The notes under the pieces were generated by a model, which saw only the letters and a list, made by a program, of their open reading frames with translations, was not told where the DNA came from and made no database searches. From an uncultured Gilvimarinus sp. (GTDB lineage: Bacteria > Pseudomonadota > Gammaproteobacteria > Pseudomonadales > Cellvibrionaceae), in assembly GCF_963975215.1 (NCBI RefSeq), contig NZ_CAXBFW010000017.1:21777-61776 (forward strand): a stretch of 40,000 nt of DNA, given 5' to 3'. The translations under genes and the position numbers were made by a program. Of the stretch, positions 1-10,671 are shown piece by piece. The first letter of the stretch is position 1. Every line of letters starts with the position of its first letter.

Positions 1-192
1 GATTTATTAGATCGGGTGCGGCAACACCTTGCCAGCGATTACCTACAACAATCGCAGCTGTCTTTAAACGAGATGAGTTATTTATTGGGTTACGCCGATC
101 AGGCAAATTTTAATCGGGCCTTTAAACGGTGGTTTAAGGCAACGCCGCTACAGTATCGGCATCAGGCACTGGCTAACGTAAAAGCGCGGTGA
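1..192 (+). CDS. AraC/XylS-family transcriptional regulator, C-terminal fragment (5' end outside window)
   Basis: Frame 1 reads ...SLNEMSYLLGYADQANFNRAFKRWFKATPLQYR... to TGA at 190-192. This is the typical second HTH of AraC-family proteins. Confidence 0.7.
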   Translation, partial: DLLDRVRQHLASDYLQQSQLSLNEMSYLLGYADQANFNRAFKRWFKATPLQYRHQALANVKAR

Positions 193-674
193 TAGCTTAC
201 CTCACCTTTGGGTGTGTTATTGGCAAGCGGCAACACTTGAAAATACTCTCCCGTCACACCGGGAAAGCTCAAATACGGCAGCGACTGAAAGCCAAAGCGG
301 CCGTAATAATTAGGGTCACCCAATACCGCACAGCCGGCGGCACCATGATGCCGTAGATTATCGAGCACGCCCTGTATTAAACGCGAGCCCACGCCACGCC
401 CCTGATACATCGGCGCAACCGCCACAGGCCCCAAGCCATACCAATACTCGCTCCCATCGCTAAAACTTACCGGTGAAGCGGCGGCGTAGCCCACAAGGCG
501 CCCCTGAATCTCGGCCACCAAAGAGACGGTTAGGGCACCCGCCTCGCGCAGGGCCAACACTATTTCTTCTTCTGTTTGAGCCGACGCAGGCACATCGCTA
601 AAAGCCTGCCTTAACAGCGCGCTAATGGCACCTATATCATCAGAAACTTCCTGGCGTATGCTAAATTTTGTCAT
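162..674 (-). CDS. GNAT family N-acetyltransferase (YhbS-like)
   Basis: 170-aa ORF with the acetyl-CoA motif QGRGVGSRL and GNAT-like length. Its 3' end overlaps the convergent AraC tail. Confidence 0.85.
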   Translation of the reverse strand: MTKFSIRQEVSDDIGAISALLRQAFSDVPASAQTEEEIVLALREAGALTVSLVAEIQGRLVGYAAASPVSFSDGSEYWYGLGPVAVAPMYQGRGVGSRLIQGVLDNLRHHGAAGCAVLGDPNYYGRFGFQSLPYLSFPGVTGEYFQVLPLANNTPKGEVSYHRAFTLASA

Positions 675-896
675 TGTGTTTGCTGCACCTTTCCCAGTGA
701 TTTTCCAGTACCGAGGTCACAGATTTTCTATCGCCTTACACAGCATAGCAAATTCCCCAACCTGCTGCCGGCGCTGTCATAAAAGTCTCCTAAAACTGCC
801 ACAACTTCGTTAAGTGTTTGTCACCTTGCTCTGCTTCCATAAGCGCTCTTGTTACACCACACCAACCATTACTCACTATGGATAACCGAGGTTGTT

Positions 897-3800
897 ATGA
901 AGAAAAGTTTGCTTGCCTCTTTACTGGGGCTGCTCGCGGCCAATGCTAGCGCACAACTCACGATTACCGGGGTTTACGATGGTCCGCTGCCCGGCGGCCT
1001 GCCCAAAGGCGTAGAGCTATACGTTAGCGAAGATATTACCGACTTAAGCGCCTATGGATTGGGCAGCGCCAACAATGGCGGCGGCAGTAATGGTGAAGAG
1101 TTTGTCTTTCCGCCAGAAGCCATTACCGCAGGCAGCTACATTACCGTGGCCAGCGAAGTTGACGGCTTTAGCGAGTTTTTTGGTTTTGCCCCCGATTACA
1201 TCGCCGCCAGCGCTATGAGCATCAACGGTGACGACGCCATTGAGCTGTTTTACAACGGTGTTGTTACTGATCAGTTTGGCGAGCCAGACGTGGATGGCAC
1301 CGATCAGGCGTGGGAGTACCTCGACGGCTGGGCGTACCGCAAAAGTGGTACTAACACCGCCGCAAGCTTTAACGTCAGCGATTGGCAATTTAGCGGCGCC
1401 AATGCGCTGGACGGCGCCAGCGATAACGCCAGTGCCGCTAACGCCGTTCCCTTAGCCAGCTTCAGCTTTAGTCAGCCCGAGCCCACCCCGGCAAATGTAC
1501 TGATCAACGAGCTGGACGCCGACACCGAGGGCGCGGATACCGCCGAGTTTATCGAACTGTTCGACGGTGGCACCGGCCACACCGACCTCAGCGGCCTGGC
1601 CCTGGTATTGTTTAATGGCATTGGCGATACTAGCTATTACTGTGTCGATTTAACCGGCTACACCACCGATGCCGACGGATATTTTGTGCTGGGCAATGCC
1701 GCCGTTACCAGCGCCGACCTTATTTTGCCCGATAACGGTCTACAAAATGGTGCCGATGCCGCCGTGCTGGTTAGCGCTGGCGCGTTTGCCAATGGCACCG
1801 CCCTGCCAGACAACAATATTGTCGATGCCCTGGTGTATGGCACCAACGATGCCGACGACACCGAGCTTTTAGCGTTATTAAACCCCAATCAACCCCAGGT
1901 TAATGAAAGTGCCGGCAGCGGCAGCGCGTTAGACTCCAACCAACGCTGCGCCAATGGCGCCGGCGGCGCACGCAACACCGACAGTTTTATTCAGGCCGAA
2001 CCTAGCCCAGGCACCGCCAACAACTGCAGCCCTGTCATTGCCGAGCTAACATTAATTTCGGCCATTCAAGGCAACCCCGGCACTTACGCCAGCAATAGTT
2101 TTGGCGAGACCGATGTAAGCCCCATGCAGGGCAGCATCGTCACCGTCGAGGCAATTGTGGTGGGAGATTTTCAAGACGATGACGCCGACACCGCACGCAA
2201 CTTAAACGGTTTTTATCTGCAAGAAGAAACCAGCGATGAAGACGGCGACCCGCTGTCATCCGAAGGTATCTTTGTATTTGGCGACAGTACCGATGTTGCC
2301 CTGGGCGATAAAGTACGCCTAACCGCCCGTGTCGATCAGTACTACGGCGAGACTCAGCTCAGCAACATCACTGAGTTAACCGTACTCGACAGCAACCGTC
2401 TGACCGACGTAACACCGGCCACGATTCAGTTAGCAAGCAACACCGCCACCACCACGGGGCAGAACGGTAATGTGCAACCCGACCTCGAAGCTTACGAGGG
2501 TATGCTGGTCACCTTTGCCGACACCTTAACGGTAACCGAGCAATACCAACTCGACCGTTTCAACGAGATAAAGTTAGTGGCCGGCGCACGCCCCTATCAA
2601 TTTACTCAGCAAAATACCCCCAGCGTTACAGGCCTGGCGCAACACCTACAATCAGTGGGGGCGCGCACCATTACCTACGACGACGGTTTAAACACGCAAA
2701 ACGCCAGCATCAATAACCTCGATGGCTATGCACCCTACAACGAGGCCAGCGCCAAACGCATGGGTGATACCATTAGCGGCTTAAGTGGCGTGCTCGATTA
2801 CAAGTGGGCAGGCAACAGCGCCTCGGGTGCCACCTGGCGTGTTCGCTCGCATCAAGACGGCAGCAACCTGTTTAGCTCTGTGGCCCAAGGCAACTCAACT
2901 AACCCCCGCTCAGCCCCGCCAGAACTTAGCGGTGCGCTAACGTTAGCCTCACTTAACGTACTTAACTACTTCACCACGCTCGATAACGGCGCGACCACCG
3001 CCGTCGGGTTAGACCCACGCGGCGCCAACAACCCTGATGAACTAGCACGCCAACAAGCTAAACTCATCAATGCCATTGTCGGGCTGGATGCCGACGTACT
3101 GACGCTGGTAGAAATCGAAAATGATTTTGACTCCGTTAACGATGGCTCGACCGCTATTGAAACACTGGTAAGTGCCATCAATGCCAAGCTTGGTAACACG
3201 CGCTACGATTATGTGTTTCCGGGGCAGCGCTTTGTCGGTACCGATGCCATCGCTGTTGCCTTAATTTACGATACGCAAACCACTGAACTTGCCACAGGCA
3301 GCAGCCCCGCCCTGCTGGACGATAGCGCCGCTGCGCAACTTGATGTATTTGCCAGCCGCGACTTTACTGCCAACCCAATCTTTAACGGCCCTGCCACCAA
3401 CCGCGTAGCGCTGGCGGCAAGCTTTACCCATAAAGACAGTGGCGAGCAGTTTACGGTGGCGGCTAACCACTTTAAATCTAAAGGCAGCTCTAGCCTAAGC
3501 GATACCACCAGCCCCAACTATGACCAAAACGATGGCGCAGGCTTTTGGAATCAACGCCGCCTTGATGCCGCTAGCGCACTGCTCAGCTGGCTCGAAACCT
3601 CACCAACGGGGCTAACCGATAGCGACATCGCCATCACCGGTGACCTAAATGCCTACGCCCTGGAAGCGCCGGTGCAATACTTATTAAACCAAGGCTTCGT
3701 CAACCCAGAGGGTGAACAGGATTACTCCTACGTGTTTGACGGTCAGGTGGGCACGCTCGATTATATTTTGCTTAGCGGCGATTTTAGCGATAAATATTCC

Positions 3801-4256
3801 GAATCCGCGGTGTGGCATATTAACGCCGATGAAGCCGACGCGTTGGACTACAACCTGGATTTCGGCCGTGACCCCGGCTATTTTAATGACGCCAGCGCCG
3901 TGCGCGCCTCTGACCACGATCCACTTATCGTAAGCTTTAATGTCGCGCAAACGCCTGCAATTAGCATCGCTATGCTCAACGATGAATTACGCACGTTGCT
4001 GCAAAATAAAACCATAACCGGTGCCGGGCGCTGGCACTTTTTACAGCCGTTAAATGCCCTGCTGTATTACGGCCTGCTGCAAAAGGCCGCGTGGCATGAG
4101 CAGCGTGGTCGCATCACCACCGCCTGCCGTTATCTGGCCCACGCTCAGGAGCGTGCCGATGGCAACGCCCGCCCCACTGACTGGATTAGCGGCAGTGGCT
4201 TAGGGCAATGGCAGACACTTCTCAGCACCACCCAACAAAGTAACTGTGCACCCTAG
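897..4256 (+). CDS. ExeM/NucH-family extracellular endonuclease (LTD domain plus endonuclease/exonuclease/phosphatase domain)
   Basis: Long ORF. The likely start is MKKSLLASLLGLLAANASA (signal peptide) at 897 rather than 849. It has an LINELDAD...EFIELFD lamin-tail-like segment and a C-terminal EEP-like SDHDPL motif. Confidence 0.8.
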   Translation: MKKSLLASLLGLLAANASAQLTITGVYDGPLPGGLPKGVELYVSEDITDLSAYGLGSANNGGGSNGEEFVFPPEAITAGSYITVASEVDGFSEFFGFAPDYIAASAMSINGDDAIELFYNGVVTDQFGEPDVDGTDQAWEYLDGWAYRKSGTNTAASFNVSDWQFSGANALDGASDNASAANAVPLASFSFSQPEPTPANVLINELDADTEGADTAEFIELFDGGTGHTDLSGLALVLFNGIGDTSYYCVDLTGYTTDADGYFVLGNAAVTSADLILPDNGLQNGADAAVLVSAGAFANGTALPDNNIVDALVYGTNDADDTELLALLNPNQPQVNESAGSGSALDSNQRCANGAGGARNTDSFIQAEPSPGTANNCSPVIAELTLISAIQGNPGTYASNSFGETDVSPMQGSIVTVEAIVVGDFQDDDADTARNLNGFYLQEETSDEDGDPLSSEGIFVFGDSTDVALGDKVRLTARVDQYYGETQLSNITELTVLDSNRLTDVTPATIQLASNTATTTGQNGNVQPDLEAYEGMLVTFADTLTVTEQYQLDRFNEIKLVAGARPYQFTQQNTPSVTGLAQHLQSVGARTITYDDGLNTQNASINNLDGYAPYNEASAKRMGDTISGLSGVLDYKWAGNSASGATWRVRSHQDGSNLFSSVAQGNSTNPRSAPPELSGALTLASLNVLNYFTTLDNGATTAVGLDPRGANNPDELARQQAKLINAIVGLDADVLTLVEIENDFDSVNDGSTAIETLVSAINAKLGNTRYDYVFPGQRFVGTDAIAVALIYDTQTTELATGSSPALLDDSAAAQLDVFASRDFTANPIFNGPATNRVALAASFTHKDSGEQFTVAANHFKSKGSSSLSDTTSPNYDQNDGAGFWNQRRLDAASALLSWLETSPTGLTDSDIAITGDLNAYALEAPVQYLLNQGFVNPEGEQDYSYVFDGQVGTLDYILLSGDFSDKYSESAVWHINADEADALDYNLDFGRDPGYFNDASAVRASDHDPLIVSFNVAQTPAISIAMLNDELRTLLQNKTITGAGRWHFLQPLNALLYYGLLQKAAWHEQRGRITTACRYLAHAQERADGNARPTDWISGSGLGQWQTLLSTTQQSNCAP

Positions 4257-4271
4257 TAGCAATACAGACAT

Positions 4272-4304
4272 AAAAAAGCCCCGGCGATAGGCCGGGGCTT
4301 TTTT
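4272..4304. terminator. Bidirectional rho-independent terminator
   Basis: AAAAAA-GCCCCGGC-gatag-GCCGGGGC-TTTTTT lies between convergent genes ending at 4256 (+) and 4323 (-). Confidence 0.75.
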
Positions 4305-4322
4305 GTAGAGGCAAACAAGCAA

Positions 4323-4850
4323 TTATTGCGCGTTATTTTGTTCGACGTAAATTAGCTCATCAGTGGCAAAACCCAGCTCGCTGGCACGTTGCTCAAACTG
4401 GTTAATCACCGCCTCGGATACCGTCGGGGTGCGGGATAACAACCATAAATAACCGGTATCGGGGCCCGAGACAAACGCGTACTGATAGTCATCATCCAAC
4501 TCAAACACGATGTAAGATCCGTAAAAAGGCCCAAAAAAAGAAACCTTTAAAAAGGCGGTGTCTTCATCGTTTACAAATTTAGCTTTGCCCTCGGCTTCAT
4601 CCCACTCGTTTTTATTCGCATCGTAGCCGCGATTGATGACTTTCACACTGCCGTCATCGTTAAGGCTATAGTGTGCCGTTACCTGTGTTAGACCTTGCTC
4701 AAAGCTGTGATCCAAACGGGCGATCTCGTACCAGTTACCCAAGTAGCGCTGCAACTCGAAATCATCGACAGGCTTAACCCCTTCGGGCCTTCCCACACAA
4801 GACATGGTCAACAATGCCAAAATAAAAATCCATAAACGATTCACACTCAC
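4323..4850 (-). CDS. blc: Outer-membrane lipoprotein Blc (bacterial lipocalin)
   Basis: Lipobox LLTMSC followed by the lipocalin signature GNWYEIARLDHSFEQG; 175 aa. Confidence 0.85.
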   Translation of the reverse strand: MSVNRLWIFILALLTMSCVGRPEGVKPVDDFELQRYLGNWYEIARLDHSFEQGLTQVTAHYSLNDDGSVKVINRGYDANKNEWDEAEGKAKFVNDEDTAFLKVSFFGPFYGSYIVFELDDDYQYAFVSGPDTGYLWLLSRTPTVSEAVINQFEQRASELGFATDELIYVEQNNAQ

Positions 4851-5062
4851 CTCCTAGAATTTTACCCAGCCAAGTTATACGCCGCGCACCTCATAAAAGA
4901 TCACTATTAACTCCAGCTTATCGTATTTTACTCGATACCTTTTTTACATTAACGCAGGATCCTATTACATAGAAATGTTCTATAAAAAACACTGATCCAC
5001 CTTCATAGCGCCGGCGTAATCACATTGACTTTCAACCCACAACTAAACATGGAAACGTCGCT

Positions 5063-6889
5063 ATGAACAAATTACTGCGTTATCTTATGATGGCCGTCAT
5101 GGTTCTTGGTGTTACCGCGTGCGGTAGCGATGATGACGACGACTACAACCCACCGGAAGAAGTTAACACGATCGTTGATGTCGCCGAACAAAACGGCAAC
5201 TTTACAACATTAATAGCCGCGCTTGAGGCCACCGGCCTGGATGCAACCCTCGATGATGAAAGTGCCACCTTTACCGTGTTCGCACCCACCGACGACGCCT
5301 TTGCACTACTAGGGCAGGATAGCATCGACAACCTGCTGGCCGACACAGACACTCTGTCTGATATTTTGTTGTACCACGTCGTAGCCGATACCGAGATCGA
5401 CTCGGGCGCAGCCATTGCGGCGGCCGGTACCACATTAACCATGGCCAACGGCATGGATACCGGGGTTTCTCTGCAAGGCGAGACTCTGCGGTTAAATCTG
5501 GTTAAGGTCACCAGCACCGACATTGAAGCCAGCAACGGGGTTATCCATGTACTGGATGCCGTGTTAATGCCGCCGGCCGAGCGCGGCACGCCCGACATGA
5601 ATATTGTCGAAACCGCCGTTTCAGCCGGCAACTTTACAACGCTGGTAAGCGCGCTACAAACGGCTGGCCTGGACACAACCTTAGCGGATGAAAACGCCAC
5701 CTTTACCGTGTTTGCACCAACCGATGCGGCCTTTGCCATGGTTGGCGAAGAAAACATCAACGCCCTGCTTAACGATCCAGAGGCGTTAAACGCCGTGTTG
5801 TTGCAACATGTGATTGGCGATGCCGAAATTAATTCGGTGCAAGCATTTGCCGCCAGCGGTACCTCATTAACCACGGCGGCCGGCACGCAAATTGACGCTA
5901 ACATCGTCGATGATCACTTCACGATTGGCGGCGCCACCGTCGAAACCTTCGACATCTATACCAGCAACGGCATTATCCACGTCATCGACGCCGTAATCGT
6001 AGGTGACCTTGAACTTCCGGCGCCACCAATGTCACTGGTCGACGTCGCCCGTGAAGCCGGCAACTTTACCACGCTGGTAGCCGCCCTTGAGGCCACCGGT
6101 TTGGATATGACACTGGCCGATATGGACAGTGACTACACCGTGTTTGCCCCCACCGATGAAGCCTTTGCCAAATTGGGCCAAGACACCATCGATAACTTGC
6201 TGATGGATACCGAGGCACTGAGCAACATTTTGCTTTATCACGTAGTAGGCGGCCCCGGCATTATGGCTGCCGACGCTATTACGAAAGCGCAATCTGATAT
6301 GCCAATGCTGGAAATGGCTAATGGCAACAACACCGGTTTGTCATACGCCAACGAAGCGCTGTACGTAAACACCTCAATGGTAACCACGGCCAATGTCATG
6401 GCCGAAAACGGCATTATCCACGCGCTTGATCAGGTATTAATGCCACCGGCCGAGATGGGCAGCCCCACCAGCAACATCGTCGAAACCGCCGTTGATGCCG
6501 GCAACTTCACCACTTTGGTGACGGCACTGCAGGCCGCCGGCCTCGATAGCGTGCTGGCCGATGAGTCGGAAACCTTTACGGTGTTTGCCCCAACCGATGA
6601 CGCGTTTGCCAAGATTGATTCGGCAACACTGGATGCTCTGATCGCGGATGTACCGGCATTAACCGACGTGCTGTTGCAACACGTTATTCAGGGGGCAGCG
6701 GTTAACTCGGTAAGCGCCTTCACCCTCAACGGCACTAACGTTGACACCGCCTCGGGCGAAGACGTCAGCATCGACATTGTCGACGGACAACTGCAAGTGC
6801 AAGGCTCGGTGGTTACCATGTACGACATTTACACCACTAACGGCGTCATTCATGTGATTGATACTGTTATCACCGAAACCCTGGACTGA
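5063..6889 (+). CDS. Fasciclin (FAS1) domain lipoprotein with four tandem FAS1 domains
   Basis: Lipobox LGVTAC. The module NIVETAV..GNFTTLV.AL.AAGLD..L...TFTVFAPTD.AFA...NGVIHVID occurs four times. Confidence 0.85.
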   Translation: MNKLLRYLMMAVMVLGVTACGSDDDDDYNPPEEVNTIVDVAEQNGNFTTLIAALEATGLDATLDDESATFTVFAPTDDAFALLGQDSIDNLLADTDTLSDILLYHVVADTEIDSGAAIAAAGTTLTMANGMDTGVSLQGETLRLNLVKVTSTDIEASNGVIHVLDAVLMPPAERGTPDMNIVETAVSAGNFTTLVSALQTAGLDTTLADENATFTVFAPTDAAFAMVGEENINALLNDPEALNAVLLQHVIGDAEINSVQAFAASGTSLTTAAGTQIDANIVDDHFTIGGATVETFDIYTSNGIIHVIDAVIVGDLELPAPPMSLVDVAREAGNFTTLVAALEATGLDMTLADMDSDYTVFAPTDEAFAKLGQDTIDNLLMDTEALSNILLYHVVGGPGIMAADAITKAQSDMPMLEMANGNNTGLSYANEALYVNTSMVTTANVMAENGIIHALDQVLMPPAEMGSPTSNIVETAVDAGNFTTLVTALQAAGLDSVLADESETFTVFAPTDDAFAKIDSATLDALIADVPALTDVLLQHVIQGAAVNSVSAFTLNGTNVDTASGEDVSIDIVDGQLQVQGSVVTMYDIYTTNGVIHVIDTVITETLD

Positions 6890-6902
6890 TCATTAGATTT
6901 GC

Positions 6903-7130
6903 TTAACCCTGCGGGGCAAAGGTCGAGACGTACAGCGCCTCGACTTTGTCCCGCGCCCAGGGGGTTTTACGCAAGAACTTAAGGGATGATTTTACCGAAG
7001 GGTCTTTTTTAAAGCAGTTGATATTAATCTGCTCGGCCAATGCCTCCCAGCCGTAGTGCTCCACTAGCCGGGTTACCACCTGCTCTAACGTAATACCATG
7101 TAACGGATTGTTCGGCTGTTCCTGGCTCAT
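6903..7130 (-). CDS. VF530/DUF2132 family small DNA-binding protein
   Basis: The 75-aa [56 protein letters not shown] matches my memory of this family. Confidence 0.65.
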   Translation of the reverse strand: MSQEQPNNPLHGITLEQVVTRLVEHYGWEALAEQININCFKKDPSVKSSLKFLRKTPWARDKVEALYVSTFAPQG

Positions 7131-7160
7131 AGATTTTACTCTTTCTTTGTAACCCGCCCG

Positions 7161-7589
7161 CTAATCCTGCATATGAGCGACATAGGCGACAACAAATGCC
7201 TGCTCCTGAAACCCTTTAAGGCCAGTCTCAGAAAACGGAATCGGTAACGGTTTATCGGCCAGCGTCTGTTTGATGGCAGCAGAAGAGTAAAGCTCGACCG
7301 CAATATCGTTCATCAGTTGCAACGCCGCTTCAAGTTTAAAGCTAACCGCCCCACCGGCAAACTTACCTTTGGTCAGGCGCTCGCGAATAACCACCTTATC
7401 CACCTGATAATCTTGCATAAGCTTGGCAAAGGTCGCCTGAAACTTTTGCAAATCATCCCGGCTGTGCATTTTGGGCAAACTAATTTTACGCACCCGGCAA
7501 TCGGGCAAAGTAAATTGCTGTTGCGCCAGCTCTAATAAACACACAACGGCATCGTTGCCGGTTAACTCCACACCACAAATTCTCATCAT
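7161..7589 (-). CDS. DUF3010 family protein
   Basis: The 142-aa ORF starts MRICGVELTGNDAVVCLL and contains RERLTKGKFAGGAVSFKLEAALQL. Recognised from memory of the family. Confidence 0.55.
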   Translation of the reverse strand: MMRICGVELTGNDAVVCLLELAQQQFTLPDCRVRKISLPKMHSRDDLQKFQATFAKLMQDYQVDKVVIRERLTKGKFAGGAVSFKLEAALQLMNDIAVELYSSAAIKQTLADKPLPIPFSETGLKGFQEQAFVVAYVAHMQD

Positions 7590-7868
7590 TTCACCTTCTG
7601 CTATCCGGTTTTAGCGCCGCCTATGTTAAGGCCTACACCGGCAAATTACCCGGAATATTCCGCGACAGCCGGAATCGATCAATCGCATTAGCCGCACACG
7701 CAAGCGCTAAGGGAGTAAAAGCGGTTGCCAGACGCTTATAGCCGTGCATAATGCACGCACTGACGTCGCACCACCTGTTTTGGGGCAATTCTAACGCCCC
7801 CACCCGGTGCGAGCTAGCATCACTGTTATTAATGTATCGCAACAGCACCCCGGGGTGCAGGAGCAACC

Positions 7869-8081
7869 ATGGCCACTGGCAAAAAATTTGACTATCGCGT
7901 CACCGAAGTAGATGGCGCCTGGCGCGCCGAGCTAACCCGCCGCGCCACCGCTCGCAAAACCCTTGTGTCCAAATCGCAGGACGGGTTTGCCACTCAAGCC
8001 GAGGCAACCAGTTGGGCCGAAGCCGAGCTAAAAACACTGCTGGCCAACGTGCGTGCGCGCCAAGAGGCCAAAAACCGCTAG
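7869..8081 (+). CDS. DUF3622 family protein
   Basis: 70-aa ORF KKFDYRVTEVDGAWRAELTRRATARKTLVSKSQDGFATQAEA. Recognised from memory of the family. Confidence 0.5.
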   Translation: MATGKKFDYRVTEVDGAWRAELTRRATARKTLVSKSQDGFATQAEATSWAEAELKTLLANVRARQEAKNR

Positions 8082-8773
8082 GCCTTGGCCAGTACCGGCA
8101 AACAGCGGTTAATAAACGCACTGATATCCGCTATTTGCTCGCGGCATACCTCATGCGCCATCGGGTAGCGGTGCGACTCGTACTGATACCCATGCGCCTG
8201 CAATACCGCCTCGGCCCGCGCAGCCAGTGCGGGCACCACCACTTCGTCGTTTAACCCGTGCTGGATCGAAATAGGCAAAGCTTGGTTCGCCGCATTGAAG
8301 CTGCATGTTTCGCTTGTGGCAAAATAGGTCGAAAGTGCCAGCAAACCCGCCAGCGGCTTGGCAAAGTTTAAGGCGGCATCAAACACCACAGCCCCGCCCT
8401 GAGAAAAACCGGCCAGCAGTATCCGCTCGCTTTTGATACCCGCCGCCACTTGCTGCTCGACTAGCTCTGCAACCGCCGCACTGGCCTGGGCCAAATGCTC
8501 GGCATTAAATTTGCGATCGACATCCAAGCTCAGCAGATCGTACCAGGCGGGCATTTGATACCCACCGTTAACGCTAACCGGCAACGTCGGTGCCTGCGGA
8601 AACACAAACCGAATACGCGCTCCGGGCGCCAAGCTAAGCTCTGGCAACAGGTTGGCAAAATCATTACAACTTGCCCCTAACCCGTGCAGCCAAATAACAC
8701 AGGCATCGCTATCGCCGGCGTTGGGGTTTTCCAGGGTTAAGCATTCTAATGAGGCAAACGGGTTACTCGGCAT
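8078..8773 (-). CDS. Alpha/beta hydrolase (phospholipase/carboxylesterase family)
   Basis: Nucleophile elbow GFSQGG with a downstream His. The ORF track starts at 8791, but the ATG at 8773 has a GGAG 6 nt upstream. The start is ambiguous. Confidence 0.8.
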   Translation of the reverse strand: MPSNPFASLECLTLENPNAGDSDACVIWLHGLGASCNDFANLLPELSLAPGARIRFVFPQAPTLPVSVNGGYQMPAWYDLLSLDVDRKFNAEHLAQASAAVAELVEQQVAAGIKSERILLAGFSQGGAVVFDAALNFAKPLAGLLALSTYFATSETCSFNAANQALPISIQHGLNDEVVVPALAARAEAVLQAHGYQYESHRYPMAHEVCREQIADISAFINRCLPVLAKA

Positions 8774-8889
8774 AAAAGGGCTCCACATCAATCCAGGCGT
8801 GCCTAAGCGCAGGCCATCGGCGCATTCAATTCAGTAGCGCATAGTAAAGCAGTGCCTTACACGAGGCAAAATGGGCGTAGCTGCAACTC

Positions 8890-9792
8890 TTATAAGGCTT
8901 CATCCCGCTCACTATCGGCTGCCGAGAATACCACCGAGCAGTTTCCGCCAGCACTTTTTGCCCGGTACATCGCGCGATCGGCCCTCTGGATAAGCTGCTG
9001 TTCGTTAATGCCGTGTTCGGGGAAATGGGCGATACCAATGCTGGGCGCCAGCGTCAGGTTTAAGTCATCAATGGTGTAGGCCCGGTTTAGCTCATTGCGG
9101 ATTTTTTCAGCCACCTTAAGCACGTCCGCCGCCTCGGGGATACCGTTTAGCAGCACCAAAAACTCGTCACCCCCCAAACGCCCAACAGTATCGGAAACTC
9201 GCACACTAGCGCTCAGCCGCTGCGCAATGTGCTGCAATAATTTATCCCCCACTGAGTGACCATAGGTGTCATTCACAGGCTTAAAGCCATCCATATCAAT
9301 AAACAGCAACGACAAACAGGTTTGCTCGCGTTTTGCCGTGGCCAGTGCGGTTAACAAGCGATCTTGCAGTAAAACGCGATTGGGCAAATTAGTAAGCTGA
9401 TCGTGCCCTGCCATATGGCTAAGCCGATCTTCCATTTGTTTACGCTCGGTAATGTCGTGCGCTACAGCGATACGTGCCTGGTGCTTCTCTGACCAACGTG
9501 CCGTCCACAGTACATGCACAACGCGTCCGTCTTTACGCACCCAGCGATTCTCAAAATGCGGGTTTGGCTCGCCTGCCAGCAAGGTGTCAACGGTACTCAA
9601 GGTGCGGGCCCGATCATCGGGGTGCACTAAATCAATCATCGGCTGGCCGATAACTTCATGGGGCTGATAACCAAAAATCGACTCAAAGGCGGCGCTAACA
9701 AAGAGAAAGTTTCCGGCTTTATCAACCACACAGACGGCATTGAGCATTAAATCCAGCACGTCAGCCAAATCGATTGGCTCGCCGGCCTTCAT
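8890..9792 (-). CDS. PAS domain-containing diguanylate cyclase (GGDEF)
   Basis: N-terminal PAS-like region (FESIFGYQPHEVIGQPM...HPDD) and a C-terminal GGDEF domain with RLGGDEFLVLL. Confidence 0.9.
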   Translation of the reverse strand: MKAGEPIDLADVLDLMLNAVCVVDKAGNFLFVSAAFESIFGYQPHEVIGQPMIDLVHPDDRARTLSTVDTLLAGEPNPHFENRWVRKDGRVVHVLWTARWSEKHQARIAVAHDITERKQMEDRLSHMAGHDQLTNLPNRVLLQDRLLTALATAKREQTCLSLLFIDMDGFKPVNDTYGHSVGDKLLQHIAQRLSASVRVSDTVGRLGGDEFLVLLNGIPEAADVLKVAEKIRNELNRAYTIDDLNLTLAPSIGIAHFPEHGINEQQLIQRADRAMYRAKSAGGNCSVVFSAADSERDEAL

Positions 9793-10021
9793 ACGGCTGT
9801 AGTCTCTAATGGTTTTATTTGATGCAATATAACAGCATTCATCGCGGTAACCGCTTGCCTATGAGTAACCCTATTACTATACGCCCAATAAGGAGTTAGA
9901 CGCCACCTTAGGGAGCTAAAGCGGCCGTTACACGGCCCTTGGTATTGACCCTGGCGTATCCCCCCGCACAGAGACCTGCTCAATGCGCCAACGTCTGGCG
10001 GCAACGTTAAGCCTATAACCC

Positions 10022-10435
10022 TTAATATGGCATTAACCTGCAACGCTTTAACAACACAGTGATGGCGTAAACAGCCGCTGCATTAACCGCCCCAACCACA
10101 GTCAGTCCCGTCACCCACAGCAAATAATCAAACACACCTGCAGCCGCAAAATGGGCATCACCCGGCGGAGCAAACACAAAAAAGCCAATAGCCAATGTGG
10201 CGCCGGCGATCGCGCCGTCTAGCAACACCCGGCACTTACGCATTGATCGCCGAGTGTAAGCCCATTGCCAATAGCACGGCAGACGCAAATACACCACTAA
10301 CGAGCATATTGCGACAATCAGTATCAACCAAGCAAACCCCGCCGGAGGCGGGTGATCGGCACCGGCATAAAGCACAGATAACCAAAAAATAAAAAAGGCG
10401 ATGGCAATCACTAAGGCCGGCCTATTAATTTTCAT
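10022..10435 (-). CDS. Hypothetical inner-membrane protein
   Basis: Hydrophobic ORF with about 4 TM segments. I prefer the start MKINRPALVIAIAFF at 10435 over the long N-terminal extension to 10645. Confidence 0.45.
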   Translation of the reverse strand: MKINRPALVIAIAFFIFWLSVLYAGADHPPPAGFAWLILIVAICSLVVYLRLPCYWQWAYTRRSMRKCRVLLDGAIAGATLAIGFFVFAPPGDAHFAAAGVFDYLLWVTGLTVVGAVNAAAVYAITVLLKRCRLMPY

Positions 10436-10671
10436 GCGATTTAACACCACTATTGTTGGGGCACACCTGATGACGCGGCAAAGATCATAACCATCAGAAA
10501 CCACTTTACACGGAGCAACTAAAAATATAGGTGCCACTAAACGGTAACACCATAAACCCATTATTAACGGCGCCGCATCTGCGACACAAAAAACAAAGAA
10601 CCTAGATTGAAACTTAAAGTCCTTTAGGGTATATTTTTCGCCCAATTTATTATACGGAAGTAAGTACCAAC

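Noticed and set aside
162-192. 31-bp 3'-end overlap between the AraC tail and the GNAT gene
   Set aside because: Convergent overlaps of this size are common, and nothing else is unusual here.
5143-5904. 253-aa ORF antisense to the fasciclin gene
   Set aside because: It lies entirely inside a well-supported + strand gene and has a low-complexity Ala/Ser/Val composition. This is a typical shadow ORF of a GC-rich, repetitive coding region.
9793-10021. Long 5' region of the GGDEF gene inspected for a riboswitch or sRNA
   Set aside because: I found only short hairpins such as CGGCCGTTACACGGCC. I could recognise no conserved riboswitch core by eye. A covariance-model scan would be needed.
10436-10645. 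N-terminal 70 codons of ORF 10022-10645
   Set aside because: The composition is unlike the hydrophobic remainder. An internal ATG (10435) begins a typical membrane-protein N terminus. Confidence is still low.
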